Shown here one piece after another: positions 22,365 to 32,095 of a stretch of 64,000 bases of DNA (positions are counted from its first letter, which is position 1; every line of letters starts with the position of its first letter). The translations under genes were made by a program, and so were the position numbers. This DNA comes from Cyanidioschyzon merolae. Taxonomy: Eukaryota. The notes under the pieces were generated by a model. The model was given only the letters and a program-made list of their open reading frames with translations, was not told where the DNA came from and did not search any database. Location of the stretch: the NCBI GenBank assembly GCA_000091205.1, contig AP006489.2; one strand, 5' to 3'.

Positions 22365-23322
22365 AACTGGACTCGTGATTTGGACTAGCCGCGTTCGGAT
22401 ACACGAACACTGCAGGCTTATTATAGAGGAACTATCGGTAGTGCCTTTCCAGTCGCCATTGCAGCCAATACCGATCTCTACGCTCTCCGTGAATTAGACC
22501 CGTGATTCCAACCACACTCATTCGGATACTAGAACACTGCACGCTTGTTATAGAGGAACTATCGGTAGTGCCTTTCCAGTCGCCACCGCAGCCAATACCG
22601 ATCTCTACGCTCTCCGTGAATTAGACTCGTGATTCCAACCATACTCATTCGGATACTAGAACACTGCACGCTTGTTATAGAGGAACTATCGGTAGTGCCT
22701 TTCCAGTCGCCATTGCAGCCAATACCGATCTCTACGCTCTCCGTGAATTAGACTCGTGATTCCAACCATACTCATTCGGATACTAGAACACTGCAGGCTT
22801 ATTATAGAGGAACTATCGGTAGTGCCTTTCCAGTCGCCACCGCAGCCAATACCGATCTCTACGCTCTCCGTGAATTAGACCCGTGATTTCAACCATACTC
22901 ATTCGGATACTAGAACACTGCAGGCTTATTATAGAGGAACTATCGGTAGTGCCTTTCCAGTCGCCATTGCAGCCAATACCGATCTCTACGCTCTCCGTGA
23001 ATTAGACTCGTGATTCCAACCACACTCATTCGGATACTAGAACACTGCACGCTTGTTATAGAGGAACTATCGGTAGTGCCTTTCCAGTCGCCATTGCAGC
23101 CAATACCAATCTCTACGCTCTCCGTGAATTAGACCCGTGATTCCAACCACACTCATTCGGATACTAGAACACTGCACGCTTGTTATAGAGGAACTATCGG
23201 TAGTGCCTTTCCAGTCGCCATTGCAGCCAATACCGATCTCTACGCTCTCCGTGAATTAGACTCGTGATTCCAACCATACTCATTCGAATACTAGAACACT
23301 GCAGGCTTGTTATAGAGGAACC
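22365..23322. repeat. 127-bp tandem satellite, about 7.5 units
   Basis: The anchor gaattagac recurs at 22491, 22618 and 22745 (period 127). Units carry shuffled variant sites (cattgcag/caccgcag, cacact/catact, caggcttatt/cacgcttgtt, gacccg/gactcg). The ORF track shows no ORF of 60 aa or more across the array. Confidence 0.9.
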
Positions 23323-23424
23323 AGCTCTAGGTTCTTGGTACACACCTCAACCGCTTCCCTTATAGCTGCAACTGCATCATCGCGGCACTGGTGCTTCCGC
23401 TGAGAGCGCTCGCGTCCAGCGCGC

Positions 23425-24855
23425 ATGCCGGCGCCGCGGTGGGCTCGCCGGCCGCCCATCGCCACCCTGGAGCTTGCTCTTCGACCTCAGCTCAACGTGG
23501 CTTTCAGTGCCTGTTTCATGTTCGTGACTATCGGTATTGGGACGACTACCTTTCGCGAGCAGAAGCTCGATGTGCATCGTGCACTCAAAGCATCTCAACC
23601 CGCGTGGAACGTTGCCAACGTGCGTTTCCGGGTAGCGTGCGCTCCGTTTCGCAAGACGTCGTCGACGACGCGGTCTCGGCGAGCCGGCACCGCCGCCCTA
23701 CACGCCCGACTGAACCTGACTGAGCGCATTCCGGTGGCGGTCCTCGGTGCTACCGGTTCGGTTGGACAGCGTTTCGTGCAGCTGCTTGAGGGTCATCCCT
23801 GGTTCGAGGTAGTTGCTCTGGGCGCTTCGTCGCGTTCCGCGGGCCACAAGTACGGCGAGCAGGTGTCTTGGAAGCAGGCGACGCCCATACCCGCAGACAT
23901 GGCCGATATCGAGATATCGGAATGTGATCCGAATGAGGCTGCCTATCGGGACGTGAGGATCGTGTTCAGCGGACTAGACAACCAGATTGCTGGCGAGATC
24001 GAGACGCGTTTCGCGCAAGCCGGAAAAGCCGTCTTCTCGAACGCGAAGAACCACCGCATGGACCCGGACGTGCCTATCCTGATTCCTCCCGTCAACGCCT
24101 CACATATTGAAGCAGTGCGAACACAAGCGGTGTATCGTCAGAGTGGAGGTTTCATCGTCACCAACGCGAACTGCTCTACGACAGCGATGACTATCGGTCT
24201 GGCGCCTATATGGAAGAGCCCCGAGCTTGGCATTGAGACGATTGTGGTTAGCACCATGCAGGCCATTAGCGGTGCTGGGTACCCTGGGCTCAGCGGTATG
24301 GATATTCTTGACAACGTTGTTCCGTATATTGGTGCCGAGGAGGGCAAGATGGAAACCGAATCACTGAAAATTTATGGAGAATACCAGCCGACTCGAGGCT
24401 TCGTGCCTGCAGAGATCAATGTTTCGGCGATGTGCAATCGGGTACACGTGCTGGACGGGCACACTGAAGCGGTATCCATCAAAGTCCGGAATCGCGGCAA
24501 CCGGAGCAAGGAAGAACTGGCCCAAATGGTGATTCGAGCCATCCAAGAGTACCCGTCGACATCTCGCGATGTTTTTGGACTACCAAGCGGACCTGAACGC
24601 GACGTTGTCTACAATCAGGCACCAGATCGTCCGCAGCCGCGGCTTGATCGGAACCTGGGTAGAGGCTTTACGGTTACCGTAGGACGGGTGCGCCCCTGCA
24701 ATGTGCTCGACGTGAAATTGGCCTTGTGCGGACACAACACCATTGTCGGAGCCGCTGGTGGCAGTATCCTGAACGCCGAACTCGCTGTGGTGAAGAAACT
24801 CATCGCAAGCGTCGGTGTAGGTGCAACGGAGCATGGCGCAGCCGTTCGGCGTTGA
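23425..24855 (+). CDS. Aspartate-semialdehyde dehydrogenase (fungal/archaeal-type), with about 100-aa N-terminal extension
   Basis: VAVLGATGSVGQRFVQLLEGHPWFEVVALGASSRSAG (NAD(P)-binding), ...FIVTNANCSTTAMTIGLAPI (active-site Cys), ...SGAGYPG... The ORF is colinear with ASADH/Hom2 throughout. Confidence 0.85.
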   Translation: MPAPRWARRPPIATLELALRPQLNVAFSACFMFVTIGIGTTTFREQKLDVHRALKASQPAWNVANVRFRVACAPFRKTSSTTRSRRAGTAALHARLNLTERIPVAVLGATGSVGQRFVQLLEGHPWFEVVALGASSRSAGHKYGEQVSWKQATPIPADMADIEISECDPNEAAYRDVRIVFSGLDNQIAGEIETRFAQAGKAVFSNAKNHRMDPDVPILIPPVNASHIEAVRTQAVYRQSGGFIVTNANCSTTAMTIGLAPIWKSPELGIETIVVSTMQAISGAGYPGLSGMDILDNVVPYIGAEEGKMETESLKIYGEYQPTRGFVPAEINVSAMCNRVHVLDGHTEAVSIKVRNRGNRSKEELAQMVIRAIQEYPSTSRDVFGLPSGPERDVVYNQAPDRPQPRLDRNLGRGFTVTVGRVRPCNVLDVKLALCGHNTIVGAAGGSILNAELAVVKKLIASVGVGATEHGAAVRR

Positions 24856-25797
24856 GCGCTAGCGGGGAACTCGCCGTACACGTGATGGCGCGTAAACCTT
24901 TATCATCTACGCACCCTTTGGTTCTATGGATGGAACGTGCGCGCTCTGCGTTTACGTATCCTTAGATTGCAATATTCACAACGTCTGGGTGCATCCGGAG
25001 AAAAGCCGTCGCAACTGCAATGGCCAGTGAACGCCCCAGCGATAACCCAGAGACGTAAACAACGCGGCGATCAAGCATGCCGCTGGAAGCGCGCCGACCT
25101 TGCCCGGAAATCATCGCCTCTGCTGAGCAGGCATCAAACAGGCATCGTGGTGAAAGCCTCGTCCAGGCATCCGCGCCCTATGCGCTCTTTAGCACATATT
25201 CGTTGGCGCGTCTCATGCACGGCAAGGCTGTAGCGTCATTGGCTGTGTGTCTGGATGCTTCAAGCACTGTGGCACCACGCTGTCAGGTCATGAGAGGCTT
25301 ACGCAGCGGCTGCGACGCCAAGAACGCTCGCGCATTGCGTACGCACAGTCCTGTACGCAACGGTGCTTGGTCAGGAGCAATGCTGCTGGAGGTTTCATCC
25401 CGCTGCGTATTCAAAAGCAGGACCCGGAGTCTCAGTGCGCAACAAGTTCCCTATTGATCTGGGATCTGCTCAGCGAATGCGTCGACTGAAGACGCCTGTG
25501 TGTACCCAAGGAACGCACCGCATCGCACCACAGCATAGCATACCATGGCGTACCGAAGCGAACCTTGCATGCTGATCGATATCGGTTGCCGCGTCCAGGT
25601 CGAACGATGATTTCGATATTCCCTGGACAACGACAGACTTCGATCGGCTGTATGCGCAAAAGGCCACCTCAACAACCGACATGCACGCGCTGCCTCTGCA
25701 CACTGACCAGGGTGGCCATGGATTGGCCAAAGCGCTGCGATATGCGAATCACAGGCTCCGACACATCTTCATCAGCGACCGCATGTCGCGCAGTGCG

Positions 25798-26916
25798 TTA
25801 CGATTTAACGATTTGAACGACATCTTCGTCCTGAAGTACGTGATCTGCACCAACTTTCTGAGGAGAGAACTTCACAGACGAGCCCCAGACCCACGCGTAC
25901 CGCATCTGATCCAGCAACGACTTGTGGATTCGACGGCACAGTGCGCGTACGGTGCAGTGTTCGGGTGCATTGCGGAGCACAATAGGTGCGTCATAGTCCG
26001 GTATTTCGCCCTTGGGCTTGGTGTAGATGCGGATCAGGTCCAGCTTTTTCCACATCTCCTCGAGGAGTCCATCGAGATTCCAGCCCAGATGTCCACTTAT
26101 CGGCACATAGTCCTCAAGTCGGTCGTACAACTCAAGTTCCTCCATGCTCGTTGCGTCAATCTTATTTAGCACATAGAGCACCGGCACATAGACTCGATTC
26201 CCTTCCAGAACGTCGATGAGATCGTCGGGTGTCGCATCCTCCTTGAGCACGATTTCAGCATTGGGACAACGATACTCTTGGCATATGGTTCGGCAAAGCT
26301 CCAAATCGAGATGCGATGCCGGTCCCTGGAACAGGGTGGTCAGCGTGACTCCGCCGCGGTCTTTTCGACGCACCGCTATCCGCGGTCGCTGCTTCCCGAG
26401 TCGAATGCCGAACCCTTCAAGCTCGCGCTCGATGATGCGCTTGTGAACGACTGGCTTGGTCGCGTCCAGAACAATCATGATTAAATCACAGGAGCGTGCG
26501 ACCGCGATGACTTGCCGGCCCCTGCCGCGACCCTCCTTGGCCCCTTCGATGATGCCAGGCAGGTCGATGAGCTGGATTTTTGCACCCCGGTAAAAGATGT
26601 TCGATGGAATAGCAGTTAGCGTCGTGAACTCGTACGCAGCCACCTCGCTTTCCGTCTCGGTGAGCTTACTGAAGAGCGTGGACTTACCCACGGACGGGAA
26701 ACCGATCATGGCAACGCGTGCGTCACCGGTTCGAGCGACGTCGAAGCCTTCACCACCGCCACCGCCGCCGCTGGCTTTGGTGCTCTCGAGCAACAGTTCC
26801 CGCTTGAGCTTCGCAAGTCGGGACTTGAGACGGCATATATGACCCATGGTTGCTTTGTTCACCTGGGTTCGAGCCAGTTCATCCTCGATATCTTTGATTT
26901 TCTGCAGTGTCGCCAT
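25798..26916 (-). CDS. DRG: Developmentally regulated GTP-binding protein (DRG, Obg family with TGS domain)
   Basis: [23 protein letters not shown]...[10 protein letters not shown]...[15 protein letters not shown]...[38 protein letters not shown]...ends [10 protein letters not shown]. The ORF track extends 38 codons upstream of the true Met at 26916. Confidence 0.9.
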   Translation of the reverse strand: MATLQKIKDIEDELARTQVNKATMGHICRLKSRLAKLKRELLLESTKASGGGGGGEGFDVARTGDARVAMIGFPSVGKSTLFSKLTETESEVAAYEFTTLTAIPSNIFYRGAKIQLIDLPGIIEGAKEGRGRGRQVIAVARSCDLIMIVLDATKPVVHKRIIERELEGFGIRLGKQRPRIAVRRKDRGGVTLTTLFQGPASHLDLELCRTICQEYRCPNAEIVLKEDATPDDLIDVLEGNRVYVPVLYVLNKIDATSMEELELYDRLEDYVPISGHLGWNLDGLLEEMWKKLDLIRIYTKPKGEIPDYDAPIVLRNAPEHCTVRALCRRIHKSLLDQMRYAWVWGSSVKFSPQKVGADHVLQDEDVVQIVKS

Positions 26917-28701
26917 TGTTCCCCTACAGACTACACCGCCAGGGCCTGCGGCAACAAACGCGCTGTAGAGGCAGCGCGTTTCTCCACGGCGATATGCGAT
27001 ATTTGCCGCCGCGTCCACGCACTGCACCATTGCGTACCGGGAGGCGATGCCTCGAACTGACTGTGCTCGACGAGTGTGCGGTTGATATCGGTTGCTGGAG
27101 GCACAAATTTCGAATTATCGGGCGACAGGTCCACGATCCTACTCCAGGCAAGTGCGACTCGGCTTGTCCGCCTGGTCATTGTGGCCCAGAGCGCGAGCGA
27201 GCGCCACCTTCCGGCGCCTGTGAGGCTGCCTCGGCCCCGGTACCACGACGTATGCAAGTTCCCGAAACGAGGTCCTCTATGCTACTGGTTGTCCACGTGA
27301 TCAGTCGGTGCCTGTGACTGAGCCTTCTCGATGACATTCGCTCTCGTCGATCATATTTTCGTGCTTCGCAGCGGCGCGTGCAGGCGAACGCTGCGATCCG
27401 GTGCGGCAACCTTGCAAGCGCGAATGCCCTGCTCTTGATAATTCGATGCTTTGCACGCGCAAACGGGTTTGAGTCACAACTATCTGCATAGGATCATGAA
27501 AGACGAACCGGTGCAATGAGGCATTCAGGAACGGGCGCACGGGCCTCGGAGTACCGGCTCTGAGCGGGCGATGTCGACGAGCGCGTCGTCAATACGCGAT
27601 TGCGACCAACTTGGGGCCGCAGCAAGCATCAGCGGCCTCTCTGGCAACGCATCGACAACGAGACGAGAGACTGCTCACGTTAGACGTGCAACCTGATTCC
27701 ATCGAGGCCATGGGAATCGCCAGACTCGATACAGGGTTGCGGGGCACGGCCGTCGATTCGCCTGCAACGACATACGACGCTGTTGCTGTTGCCCGGGACC
27801 ATGCCATCTTCAGAGCGAGCGATCGACTTTGAGCGGGGCCCTCACATCCGACCAGCGAACAACGTGTCAAACTCTTGGACTGGAACGCTCGTTCTTCGTA
27901 GCAGGTAGAGCGAAGCGCGATGATAACCCATCTCTAACCATAAAGTACCCTGCTCGCGTGCACGTCGTTGTCGCTTTCCTCGATGGCTTCCCGAACGCAA
28001 CACGCAAGCGTCTTGCAGCATGCATCTCCGTAGAACGTCGCTATGTCGCGAACCGACACGCACAAGGGTATAGGAAAGCTGTTTAGCCGCTGTGCTGCAT
28101 CTGTTCCAGCGGTTTGAGCGCTACGGCGGACGCTCCAAGCACGAACTCGGCGCACGATAGAACGTACAAGACGACCAGTGCATCTGGATGGGAGTATCAG
28201 CAATGCAGCTTGGAGGCAGGGTGCAACAACATCATGGACGCTTTCCCGAAAGCCTATTCCCATCCGAATCGCACTCTGGAGTCCGTGATCGAAGGCAACG
28301 TTTTGCGATCGGACGCGCAGATCCTCAATCGCCGCGCATGCATGCTCGTGTTGCCATGCCGCGCAAGTGCATTGCGCTGGGGCGGCGAGGCGCGCTTCTG
28401 TAACTGTGGCACATTTGTCTAATACAGGCGACGCGCCCCCGCAGCAGCCGCAGCGACTGCATATCGGGTCGAGCGGGCGTGCAGGCATACGCCACGAACG
28501 CTGGCGCATGCTCGCGTGACTGCGGGCATTTTTCAAGGTCGACTGTCGGAACGTACCGTAGTGGAGCTGCACACGGGCGTACCTCTCACTTGTTTGAGTT
28601 AACTGTTTGAAAACATAGCGCGTAATTGATCAGAGAGGGGTTCGGAGAGAAAGAGGGGTGAAACGCTGTCCTGGGCGCTGAATTATTCGCAGCACGGACG
28701 A

Positions 28702-29694
28702 ATGAGCTTCGTAACAACTGGGCCCGGGGGCTTGCACGAACTCGTGCTACGCCGCGTTCGCGACCTGGGGAACGAAGCCACCATTCGTCGGGTTATTGAG
28801 GCGACAACCTCGGGAAAAGCGAATGACTATGCGCCTTACGCTCCTGAAGGGTCGAAAACGAGCGGTACGCTGCGGCTATTGCTCGCCGCGATTTGGAAGA
28901 GCTATCTGCGCAAGCTGCAGACCGACCCGGTGGTGACCAAGTCCATCTCTGCGGCGATAATCTCACTAGTATCTGACTTGCTCGCCTCTTCCCTTTCGGG
29001 TTCGAAACTTAGCTCGCGTTCGCTTCTGAACCAGTTCAGTATAGGCTTGGCTATTCGTGGCCCCATTGTACACTACTTCCATCAGTTTCTGGACCGTGTG
29101 GTGTTTGCGCGTGTCACCAACCAGACCCAAATCGCAGTGGTCATCGCAAAGGTCATTATCGATCAGTTCATTTTCTCGCCACCGTACAACGCGCTTTATT
29201 TCCTTATCATTGGACTGCTGGAGGATCGCTCGCTCGCCGAGATCGGCCGCAAGATTCGTCGCGAGCTCTGGGGCGTGATGAAAACGAACTGGATTGTCTG
29301 GACACCTGCGAACATCATTTCGTACTACGCCATCCCGTTGGAACTGCGGGTGTTATGGGGTAATTTGGTGGGTATTATTTGGACCGCTATATTGATTTCG
29401 AAAGTGCGCCGAGGAGGTGGGAGCAGTTCTACCAGTAACCAGAACAGCGGCGGTAGTGGCAGCGGCGACATGTCCGCGAACTCGAGCGGTCACGCTCGTA
29501 TCGGATCGTCGGAGCAACCCAATGATCAGAGCGGAACGCGTACCTACGCAAATGCTGCTGCAACGAGATCGAGTGTAGGCCTCAGGGCTGGCGACGCATC
29601 AGCAGCATCGGGCAAACATCGTCAACCTATTGCCGAGAACACGAACGATGTTGAGGAATCAGAACACCTGAATGACCATAATAAGTTTGAATAG
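28702..29694 (+). CDS. Mpv17/PMP22-family membrane protein with low-complexity C-terminal extension
   Basis: AAIWKSYLRKLQTDPVVTKSISAAIISLVSDLLAS...GPIVHYFHQFLDRV...WTPANIISYYAIPLELRVLWGNLVGIIWTAIL matches the Mpv17/PMP22 core. It is followed by a Ser/Gly/Asn-rich tail. Confidence 0.65.
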   Translation: MSFVTTGPGGLHELVLRRVRDLGNEATIRRVIEATTSGKANDYAPYAPEGSKTSGTLRLLLAAIWKSYLRKLQTDPVVTKSISAAIISLVSDLLASSLSGSKLSSRSLLNQFSIGLAIRGPIVHYFHQFLDRVVFARVTNQTQIAVVIAKVIIDQFIFSPPYNALYFLIIGLLEDRSLAEIGRKIRRELWGVMKTNWIVWTPANIISYYAIPLELRVLWGNLVGIIWTAILISKVRRGGGSSSTSNQNSGGSGSGDMSANSSGHARIGSSEQPNDQSGTRTYANAAATRSSVGLRAGDASAASGKHRQPIAENTNDVEESEHLNDHNKFE

Positions 29695-29791
29695 GAGGGT
29701 ACCAGCATAAATCCGGTTTGCTCTTGTTTCTTTTGCGTTCAAAGAATGCCTGTCAGCAGACAGGGCTTTGGATGAGAGACGCGCAGTAACG

Positions 29792-29809
29792 ACTACTACT
29801 ACTGCTACC

Positions 29810-29850
<41 letters not shown>
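29792..29850. repeat. (ACT)n then (GCT)n trinucleotide array in the intergenic region after the Mpv17-like gene
   Basis: actactactactgctaccactactactactgctgctgctgctgctgctgctgctgc is visible directly. Confidence 0.9.
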
Positions 29851-29853
<3 letters not shown>

Positions 29854-30025
29854 CACAGATTTGGTCACGACTCGACTCGGACCTGCTAGGTTGTTCGTGG
29901 ATGCGGCATGGAAGCGGGCACATTGGCACTGGAGCAGTGCGCTGCAGCCTGAACCCGCAGGCTGTGACACCCGCACCAGCGTGAAATTGAACAGGCTCGC
30001 GTACTTAACTAGGGCATACATACCA

Positions 30026-31311
30026 AAGGCCGTTCTCTTGCGACTGTCAAAAATACCAGCCTTTGCGGAGCGGTTTTCGCGACTGTTTCCTTTTCTTCTC
30101 TCTTATCTCCGGATTTCTATACGATGGTCTCTCGTTTCACCCCAGCTCTGATGTCAGCTGTTGAAGGAAGCGGATGGCAGTGCTCAAATCTCGATCTCAC
30201 TGATTCCGGCGGTTTTCGACGACTCCTATGCCCGGGCATAAGTTGCCCGTGATGCTTCCCGTGCCATTTTCATCTGCTTGGTTTACAGACCGGGTGCGCA
30301 TGTCAGAGCGATGACAAGCCCTATGGTGGTCAAGTGTTCCCGTGTGTCCACCGAGCCTCCGTCTTGTAAATTCGCTCTGTGACTCGTACAGGCTTGCTTC
30401 ATCGCTCGGCATGTGTCCAGGTGAGGTGTATCGGACGCTCATCTGGATACCCGACTCCGTCTCCGCCTCCATCTTCGCAAACCGAGGCACTCTCCTACGA
30501 TCACGCGCTTCTTCTGAGCGATCCTCTAGGCGAGTTTCCTGCCCGCTGCACGAGCCAGTGTGCGCTGCCTCATTTGATATACGACTTGTGGACCGTGATG
30601 GTGTACGTGATGAAACAAGTACCGGAAAGAATATCCAAGTTGGAGACCAAGTCGCGAAATTCGGATCCGTCTACCCACTTGCCATGCAAACCAGTGACGC
30701 ATTTTCCAGAGGAAGGGATCGCTGCGAAGCCTGCAGTCCCAGCTCGAGACACTTGACGATGCAAACACATGAGACGGGAGCTTCTTGGAACACATCCTTT
30801 GACAAGGTTCCAGCTGGTTCCGCATCTGGTTTCATCGGTGGCTGCAAAGAATGGAGCACTGGTGTTTCAAGCGGAATCGCTCATTTGAGGTGAGAATCTC
30901 AGTGAGGGTTCGGTATGGGTTTTTTTTTCGGAGGACCGGTCAAGGACTGACGTCGCATCGTTTCCTTTTTTCTATGGACCTATCAGCGCGGAGCGGAACG
31001 TCCACGAGTTACCGTGAATGAGAAAACACCAAAGACTCGAAGCATGTGTGATTTGAGCGTGCCTCACACACGAGAAGCGGACGATTATGGTATGTAACGA
31101 GTCATTGTTCGAGGACGTCCGGAATCATGGTTATTTCGCTGATATCATGAATGCCGGGGACAACGCGTCCATAGAGCGATTCCGACGAGCCGAGCGAGAT
31201 TCCCAAAAGCACCAAAGAATCCGTAGGGCTTTATTCCAGCACTTTGAATAACAAGGCTGTGCATCGAAACAATTTTCGAAAAGCGTTGTATACGAGAAAC
31301 AGTGCGACTAG
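30026..31311 (+). mobile_element. Non-autonomous TnpB/Fanzor-like element copy A (1.29 kb; RuvC-II-like core to degenerate RuvC-III plus conserved 3' tail and hairpin box)
   Basis: ORF 30342..30893 reads ...RRVSCPLHEPVCAASFDIRLVDRDGVRDETSTGKNIQVGDQVAKFG...TSDAFSRGRDRCEACS...GVSSGIAHLR-stop. It is about 98% identical at the nucleotide level over its whole length to 59686..60972. The unit begins tctcttgcgactgtcaaaaatacc and ends gtgcgactagttcag. Confidence 0.6.
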
Positions 31312-31676
31312 TTCAGTGTTACATTATTATCCGATACCAGTGTAGACTTCAAAGAAGCGTTTGTGATGTGTGATCTGTGAAACCGAAAAATGTCCTTTCC
31401 CATCGAGGGTAAATGTAGATCCACTTGCAGACGCGAGCCAGCCTTTTCTGACATGCCGACTGCTATCGGTTTAGGTTTCTCCTTGCAGACTTCGAGTATT
31501 AGACGCTGCACCATGGAGTTCGCTTGCGTCATCTCCTCGGATCTCGTCTTCAGCGTCACACAGTTTCTGGTATTCTCAGCAGCGTTGAAGTTTCGATTCA
31601 CGAACTCCATGTATTTCTCGCTGCTGCTCGTACTCATCAATGGAAGCATTCCCCGAACTTTTGCCCTCCGAGCCAC
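31308..31676 (-). mobile_element. TnpB/Fanzor-like C-terminal fragment (minus strand), abutting copy A
   Basis: MARRAKVRGMLPLMSTSSSEKYMEFVNRNFNAAENTRNC...QANSMVQRLILEVCKEKPKPIAVGMSEKAGSRLQV is colinear and roughly half identical to 51624..51887 (MEWRAKVPGLLALVSTSGGKKRMEFMNLDFNAAINIRRS...). Confidence 0.5.
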
Positions 31677-32095
31677 TTGCGTCTTGTCATTGTCCCGTGG
31701 GGCGAAGAGCTTTGCTCGCCCAGCGCCCGCTTCTTCTTCTTCTTCTTCGTTACTCGGCTATCTTCGCTCGACGGTCGAAGAGAAGGGCATGTATTCCCTT
31801 TGTTTCTGGCCTCCTGGATCCTCGCTTTCCATGTCGACACCTTTCCCTTGGATTTTTATTTCTTCAAATGAATGCACTTTGAATGTTTCTACTATAAAAG
31901 GCTAAAAAGCATTTGATGCCACGCACCTGGGCATGGAGCACAACTGAGCTGAAAGACCACAGCGAAGCAGCATCATCCTCCAGGCTGCTGGAACGCCGCT
32001 CTAGCCTTCAACACCTCATCTTCCTAGACGCTGCTTTTGCGGCAACCGCGGCTGCCGCATGACCTAACCATAGCTCATGTTCACTACCTCTCCGA

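Noticed and set aside
22365-23322. The tandem arrays (127-bp and 87-bp) considered as possible CRISPR arrays.
   Set aside because: The genomic context is eukaryotic. Units are contiguous repeats with no unique spacers, and the unit lengths and structure are unlike repeat-spacer organisation.
27934-28572. 212-aa minus-strand ORF in the DRG / Mpv17 divergent intergenic region, and similar ORFs at 21543..22157, 12758..13539 and 5481..6080.
   Set aside because: They are Cys/Arg/Ala-rich translations of GC-rich non-coding DNA with no motifs, and other frames overlap them.
30197-30490. 97-aa minus-strand ORF duplicated exactly in copies A and B (MPRFAKMEAETESGIQ...), considered as a second gene of the element.
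   Set aside because: It lies antisense to the conserved nuclease frame and shows no homology. Its duplication simply follows from the 98% identity of A and B.
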